Shown here: piece by piece, positions 58,772 to 64,000 of the stretch
Numbering within the stretch: the stretch's first letter is position 1
How the letters are laid out: every line of letters starts with the position of its first letter
Source: Candidatus Sumerlaeia bacterium
GTDB taxonomy: Bacteria; Sumerlaeota; Sumerlaeia; SLMS01; JAHLLQ01
Assembly (NCBI GenBank): GCA_019634695.1
Contig: JAHCAW010000001.1
Coordinates: 115,921-179,920 of the forward strand
Reading direction: 5' to 3'
Length of the DNA: 64,000 bases
The notes under the pieces: model-generated
Databases searched by the model: none
Seen by the model: only the letters and a program-made list of their open reading frames with translations
What the model was told of the DNA's origin: nothing
Translations under genes and position numbers: made by a program

Positions 58772-60082
58772 TCAGTCGATCCGGCTCATGCGGTCCCACA
58801 GGGCCGTGGCGGCCGGGCGCGCTGCGTGACGGCTTGCCGCTTCGTCGCATCGCACCGCCCTCCTGTCCCGCAACGCCCACTCGCCGCCGACGAGCACGTC
58901 GCGCACCTGGCGGCTGCCCATCGCGAACAGCAGATGGCCGCCGACACTGCGCGATACCAGCGGCGTCGCGGGCACATAGTCGGTGACGACAACGTCGGCC
59001 GCGGCACCGGCCTCGAGCACGCCCAGCCGCACGCCGAGCGACTCCGACGCGCGCCGCGCTCCGTTGCCCAGCATCCGCAGCACATCGTCGGGTCCGATGC
59101 CCGCGCCGCCGTCGCGCGACTTGAACCACGCCGTCTGCGCCTCGGCGAACATGTCCGCGCCAATCCCATCGGTGCCCAACTGCACGCACGCACGCAACGC
59201 ACCCACCGGCGCATAACCGACCGCGTTGTTCATGTTGGATCGCGTGTTGTGCCCCACGGCCACCTGCGCGGCGCTCACGCGGGCCACCGCCGACGCATCC
59301 AGATGCGTGCAGTGCCCGAACACGTTGCGCGCGTCGAGCATCCCGAAACGCTCGAGACGATCCACCAGCGCGACGCCATGGTCCGCGCGGCACAGGCGCT
59401 CGTCGACGGGGTCCTCCGCGACGTGGATGTGCATGCCGACGGCGAACTCGGCGGCCATGGCGGCCATGGCCGCCATCGTGTCGTCGCCACAGGTGAACGA
59501 GGCGTGCGCGCCCACGAGGCCGGCGAAGCGTCCGTCGGCGCGGTCGCGACAGCGCGTCAGATAGCGCCGATTCTCGGCAAGTCCCGCGTCGCGCCCTGCC
59601 GCCCCGTTGCGGTCCGTTGTCTCGTAACACAGCACCCCGCGCAGTCCCACGCGCGCGATGCCCTGCTCGATCATGTCGAGCGAGCCGCCGATGCACTCGG
59701 GCGATGCGTGGTGATCGATCAGCGTCGTCGTGCCGCAGTGCAGGGCATCGAACGCGCCGATGCGGGCGGAGAGTTCGACCGACTCGGCATCGAGTGCGCG
59801 GTCCAGCCGCCACCACACGAACTTGAGGATCTCGTGAAAGTTGCCGGGCGTCTGGCGCGGGGCGGGCATGCCGGCCGCCAGCGCCGAATACAGGTGCGTG
59901 TGGCCGTTGACGAGGCCTGGCAACACAACGGCGCCGCCGCAGTCGATCCGCTCGTCGCCGGGCTGCACCGCCACCGCGTCACCGACGGCAGCGATGCGGT
60001 CGCCGTCGATTCGCAGGGCGCCGTGCACCACACGCGGCGGCCAGTAGTCCGTCAGCAGGGCGTTCTCCAGTACAATTCCCAT
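58772..60082 (-). CDS. ssnA: SsnA-like metal-dependent amidohydrolase
   Basis: GHTHLYS, WWRLDRALD, IDHHASP, HIHVAE, SNMNNAVG. Confidence 0.85.
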   Translation of the reverse strand: MGIVLENALLTDYWPPRVVHGALRIDGDRIAAVGDAVAVQPGDERIDCGGAVVLPGLVNGHTHLYSALAAGMPAPRQTPGNFHEILKFVWWRLDRALDAESVELSARIGAFDALHCGTTTLIDHHASPECIGGSLDMIEQGIARVGLRGVLCYETTDRNGAAGRDAGLAENRRYLTRCRDRADGRFAGLVGAHASFTCGDDTMAAMAAMAAEFAVGMHIHVAEDPVDERLCRADHGVALVDRLERFGMLDARNVFGHCTHLDASAVARVSAAQVAVGHNTRSNMNNAVGYAPVGALRACVQLGTDGIGADMFAEAQTAWFKSRDGGAGIGPDDVLRMLGNGARRASESLGVRLGVLEAGAAADVVVTDYVPATPLVSRSVGGHLLFAMGSRQVRDVLVGGEWALRDRRAVRCDEAASRHAARPAATALWDRMSRID

Positions 60083-60120
60083 TATCCGGTTCTCCGTTGC
60101 TGGCGTATGAGCGTCAGGCC

Positions 60121-61353
60121 TCAGCCCTTTTCGACAATGCGACGAACGGCGTCGAGGTCCGGTGTGATCGAGTGCGGCTCGCCGACGGCGGACCGTGCAC
60201 CGGCGATGTCCTTCAATCCGTTGCCCGAGATTACTGCCACCACCGAGGCGTTCGCGCCGAGGATACCGTCGCGCCGCGCCGTGGCAATGGCCGCCACGGC
60301 TGCTGCTGCGGCGGGCTCGGCGAACACGCCGGTCAGGCGCCCGGTCTCGCGGACCGCCCGCCGAATTTCGTCGTCCGTCACCGTGACGCACGCGCCGTCG
60401 CTCTCGCGGATGGCGTTCATCGCCTTGCGCCAGTTGCGCGGCACGGGGCAGTCGATGCTGTCGGCGTACGTGGCACCGTCGGCCCCGGGCGCGTAGTTGC
60501 CGCCGCGCAAAGCCTTCGCGATCGGCGCGACCCCTTCCGCCTGCACGCCCAGCATCCGCGGCCGCCCGTCCGTCACGCCGGCCTCGTGTATCTGGCGCAG
60601 GCCCTTCCACACGCCGGCGATCGAGCAGCCGTCGCCGATGCTGGCGGCCACCCACTCCGTCGGGTCGTCCGCGCACTGCTCGGCAATCTCCAGTCCGCCG
60701 GTCTTCTTGCCCTCCACCAGATACGGGTTCACCGCGCAATTGCGATTGTACCATCCGAAGGTCTCGCAGGCCCGCATGCACAGCCGCCAGGCCTCGTCGT
60801 ACGTGCCACGGACGCGGAAGACGCGCGCGCCGTAGGCGAGGAGCTGCGCCAGCTTGCCGTCGGGAATGCGTTCGGAGACGAAGATGTTGGCGCGGATGCC
60901 GGCGGCGGCGGCGCAGTGCGCCAGGCTCGATGCCGCATTGCCCGTCGAGGCGCACGCAATGTCGGAAGCGCCCGCCGCCACCGCCAGCGTCACGCCGACC
61001 GAACTCGCCCGGTCCTTGAAGGAAGCCGACGCCGATCGCGAATCATCCTTCAGGCGCAGGCGCCCGATGCCCAGCGCCGCGGCCAGCCGGGGCGCCTCGA
61101 TCATCGGCGTCCAGCCGATCTCGCGCGGCACGGGCTCGACGTCGGCTCCGAAGGGAAGCAACTCGCGATAGCGCCAGTGGTTCGCCGGCCGCGTGGCCAG
61201 CGCCGCCCGCGTCAGCGAACGACGCACCGCCGGCAGGTCGAACTCCACGTCCAGAATGCCCTCGTCCAGCCCGCAGGTCGGACACCACATCGCCTGTCCC
61301 GGCGCATACCGCGCGCCGCACGCCACGCACACCAGACCCGACATGTACGACAC
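60121..61353 (-). CDS. thrC: Threonine synthase-like PLP enzyme
   Basis: N-terminal CxxC pair, SFKDRAS, ASTGNAASS, NPYLVEGKKT. Confidence 0.85.
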   Translation of the reverse strand: MSYMSGLVCVACGARYAPGQAMWCPTCGLDEGILDVEFDLPAVRRSLTRAALATRPANHWRYRELLPFGADVEPVPREIGWTPMIEAPRLAAALGIGRLRLKDDSRSASASFKDRASSVGVTLAVAAGASDIACASTGNAASSLAHCAAAAGIRANIFVSERIPDGKLAQLLAYGARVFRVRGTYDEAWRLCMRACETFGWYNRNCAVNPYLVEGKKTGGLEIAEQCADDPTEWVAASIGDGCSIAGVWKGLRQIHEAGVTDGRPRMLGVQAEGVAPIAKALRGGNYAPGADGATYADSIDCPVPRNWRKAMNAIRESDGACVTVTDDEIRRAVRETGRLTGVFAEPAAAAAVAAIATARRDGILGANASVVAVISGNGLKDIAGARSAVGEPHSITPDLDAVRRIVEKG

Positions 61354-61490
61354 GTGAACACTCCCGACACCAGGATCGTCGAAGCACCAACCACGAACAA
61401 CCCTTGCGGCGTTTCCCCCCGTCTGCAACAGAGTTTCTTTCCCGCTCGGCAGCGCTTGCCGACCGGCCCGTTCCCCAAGGAGACTGCACC

Positions 61491-62951
61491 GTGACGGCCC
61501 CCATTGCCCTCGACGAAAAGGTGCTCGACCGCACCGCAACTCTCTGCCGCGACCGCGGCATCGTCATCCCCACCTTCGCCCAGATGAAGGACCCCTCGAC
61601 GGCCCCCGCGTTCATCCGCGAGCGCCTCGCCAAGGTCGGCCTCTGGGACATCGACCCGGCCAACCTCTTCCGCATCACATGGAAGAACGAGCCGGTCGCC
61701 ACGGGTGGCGGCTTTGGCGCGGGCAACTGGATCGAGTTTCCATCCGAGTTGACCGGTGTGTCCGCCCGCATTGTCGGCATCTCGGGCAAGTGGTTCCCCA
61801 CCGGCGCGCACAAGGTGGGCGCGGCGTTCGGCTGTCTCGTGCCGCGACTGGTCACCGGCGCGTTCGACCCGACGACGCAGAAGGCCGTCTGGCCCAGCAC
61901 GGGCAACTACTGCCGCGGCGGCGCGTTCGACTGCGCGCTGCTCGCCTGCCAGGCCGTCGGCATCCTGCCCGAGGAGATGTCGGCCGAGCGCTTCGAGTGG
62001 TTGCACGAAATCGGCGCCGAGGTCATCGCCACGCCGGGCTGCGAATCCAACGTGAAGGAAATCTACGACAAGTGCTGGGAGATTCGCCGCACGCGCCCGG
62101 ACTGCGTGATCTTCAACCAGTTCGAGGAGTTCGGCAACGCGATCTGGCACTACCACGTCACCGGCTCGTTCATCGAGGAGACCTTCCGTCGCATCGCGCG
62201 ACCGGGCGATCGGCTGGCGGCTTATGTCTCGGCCACCGGCAGCGCCGGTACCATCGCCGCCGGCGACTTCCTGCGCACCGTGCACCCGCACGTGCGCATC
62301 GTCGCGGCCGAGGCCCAGCAGTGCCCGACGCTCTATCGCTTCGGCTTCGGCGGCCATCGCATCGAGGGCATCGGCGACAAGCACGTCCCCTGGATCCACA
62401 ACGTCCGCAACACGGACATGGTCGCCGCCATCGACGACGAGCAGTGTATGGCGCTCATGCGCCTGTTCAACGAGCCCGAGGGCCTGCGCCTGCTCGAGCA
62501 GCGCGGCGTCCCCGCCGACGTGCGCGGCCGCCTCGACTGGATCGGCATCTCGTGCATCTGCAACATGGTCGCCGCCATCAAGGCCGCGAAGTACTACGAC
62601 CTCGACGGCCGCGACGTGCTCTTCATCCCGCTCACCGACTCGATGGAACTCTACGGCTCGCGCCTGCGCGAGCAGGCCGAGCAACACGGGCCCTTCACCC
62701 GCGAGGCCGCCGTCGCCACCGCCGCCCGGCATCTGGACGCCATCGCAGACGACCACGTCCGCGAACTGTCCTACCAGGACCGCAAGGCGCTGCACAACTT
62801 CAAGTACTTCACCTGGGTCGAGCAGCAGCAGCGTGACATCGAGGACCTGCGCCGCCTGTGGGATCCGGACTTCTGGACCGAGACCTTCGCGCAGGTCGAC
62901 GAGTGGGACCGCCTGATCGCGGCCTTCAACGCGCGCGTCGGGATCGTCTGA
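61491..62951 (+). CDS. Fold-type II PLP-dependent enzyme
   Basis: AGGAG RBS; FPTGAHKVGA, WPSTGNY, GSAGT, HRIEGIGDKH. Confidence 0.85.
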   Translation: MTAPIALDEKVLDRTATLCRDRGIVIPTFAQMKDPSTAPAFIRERLAKVGLWDIDPANLFRITWKNEPVATGGGFGAGNWIEFPSELTGVSARIVGISGKWFPTGAHKVGAAFGCLVPRLVTGAFDPTTQKAVWPSTGNYCRGGAFDCALLACQAVGILPEEMSAERFEWLHEIGAEVIATPGCESNVKEIYDKCWEIRRTRPDCVIFNQFEEFGNAIWHYHVTGSFIEETFRRIARPGDRLAAYVSATGSAGTIAAGDFLRTVHPHVRIVAAEAQQCPTLYRFGFGGHRIEGIGDKHVPWIHNVRNTDMVAAIDDEQCMALMRLFNEPEGLRLLEQRGVPADVRGRLDWIGISCICNMVAAIKAAKYYDLDGRDVLFIPLTDSMELYGSRLREQAEQHGPFTREAAVATAARHLDAIADDHVRELSYQDRKALHNFKYFTWVEQQQRDIEDLRRLWDPDFWTETFAQVDEWDRLIAAFNARVGIV

Positions 62952-62968
62952 TACGACTTGGGGTAATT

Positions 62969-63197
62969 GACAGCAGTGGCCGATCCATTAACTGTGGCTT
63001 GGGCGTCTCGCCCAAGTTCGGGGGATCTCGCCAAGAGAGGGGGGCTCCAAGCCCAAGGCGGCGGCTGAGAAGTGCATTCGAGCAGACCAGTCCGAGCTCA
63101 AGAATCCCAACCATGCGCGTGGCGTGGCTGAACTTGGGCGAGACGCCCAAGCCACAGTTAACAGCCTCGCCACACGACATGTCGCAGGACAACTGTC
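62969..63197. mobile_element. REPIN/MITE-like element, copy B
   Basis: Perfect 32-bp inverted repeats ttaactgtggcttgggcgtctcgcccaagttc at 62988-63019 and 63130-63161. Confidence 0.8.
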
Positions 63198-63308
63198 ATC
63201 AGTCTACCGAAACGGTATGACCGAACCGGTCACGACGAAGCATTGAGCGTGATCGGTCCGATCCGTCGGATCGGTCCGCTCATCGTGTCGTGGAGGCGGA
63301 AGGTACGC

Positions 63309-64000
63309 TCAGGCGTCGAAGTCGTCGCCCAGTTCGCTGCCGGGGGTGGAGGAGAGGCGCGGGGCGCGTTCGGTCGAGGCGCCGAGGTCGAAGCCGTCGA
63401 GAATGTCGCCGAGGGCGGCGTTCATGTCGTCGCCGTCGGGCATGCCGTTGGCCGCGTCGTCGCGGTCGTCCTCGTCGGTGACGCGGGCGCCTTCGAGCAG
63501 GGCGCTCATCGCCGGCATGTTGAGGCTGCTCTTGTCGGTCAGGCAGCCGTTGTGGACGCGGATTTCGGGTGACTTGACGCGGAAGATGCGGGTGAAGGCG
63601 CTCATGCCCTCGTCCTCGTCCATCGTGTCGACGTGGACGATGTTGCCGTCGCGCAGGTAGAGCGAGCCGATGACGCCGTTGCCGCAGACGCGGATCGTCT
63701 TGGGGACGCGCTTCTCGGCGTAGAGCTGGATGAGGTCGCTGAGTTCGAGGCCGAGCAGGTCGGTGGCGCTGACAGTGAGGACACGCAGCAGGTCGCGCAG
63801 CTCGTCGCGGGCGCTCGTCAGGTCGTCCTCGGGATGCGGCAGCACCTTGAGGGCGCCCTGCGCCAGCAGCGCCGGCTGGTAGGCTTGGATGCTCTCCGAC
63901 AGGCAGACGGCCACCTCCCACCAGGTGGTGCGGTCCTGGATCAGCATCGAGACCTTGGCCAGGTCCGTCGATGGGTCCATGCCGATCACCAGCAGACCCG
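63309..64000 (-). CDS. DUF4388/PATAN-like domain protein (5' end probably off window)
   Basis: LELSDLIQL...IGSLYLRDGNIVH...GMSAF...ALLEGARVTDE. Confidence 0.7.
   Translation of the reverse strand, partial: GLLVIGMDPSTDLAKVSMLIQDRTTWWEVAVCLSESIQAYQPALLAQGALKVLPHPEDDLTSARDELRDLLRVLTVSATDLLGLELSDLIQLYAEKRVPKTIRVCGNGVIGSLYLRDGNIVHVDTMDEDEGMSAFTRIFRVKSPEIRVHNGCLTDKSSLNMPAMSALLEGARVTDEDDRDDAANGMPDGDDMNAALGDILDGFDLGASTERAPRLSSTPGSELGDDFDA

Noticed and set aside
1-64000. tRNA, rRNA, CRISPR array, integrase or prophage genes
   Set aside because: None recognised by eye; short RNAs could be missed without covariance-model searches.

Overview
GC-rich bacterial chromosomal segment. The pilin-like protein at 20104-20763 (PNFLEAQVRSKVSR...YDPTNGTVSNG) resembles a family I associate with Candidatus Sumerlaeota/BRC1-like bacteria; this assignment is tentative. 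Core content, in order: end of a Bat operon (batB-C-D-E), hisF, a TroABCD-type metal ABC transporter whose two permeases both carry DtxR-like domains, a P1B-4 ATPase, a C39-peptidase/RimK/GCS2 triad, rpmH-rnpA-yidD followed by a DnaD-like gene, a short hcp, DUF4954 divergent from nagB-ACP-pta-ackA, threonine aldolase, an amidinotransferase, rluD-crtI-like-photolyase, a REC-Ser/Thr kinase, and an ssnA/thrC/PLP-enzyme group. Accessory DNA is scattered throughout: an orphan BrnA with a BrnT stub, a HEPN-like gene pair, three RHS remnants with variable low-GC genes, hicAB flanked by a 53-bp duplication of the ackA 3' end, YhcG, a XamI-like R-M system and several REP/MITE-like repeats. The most striking pattern is a 22-bp ISL3-end-like motif found three times, each time at a host/low-GC junction just upstream of a foreign gene; two copies are fused to truncated RHS cores. 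No rRNA, tRNA or CRISPR array was recognised. All family calls come from motif recognition by eye, not from database searches.
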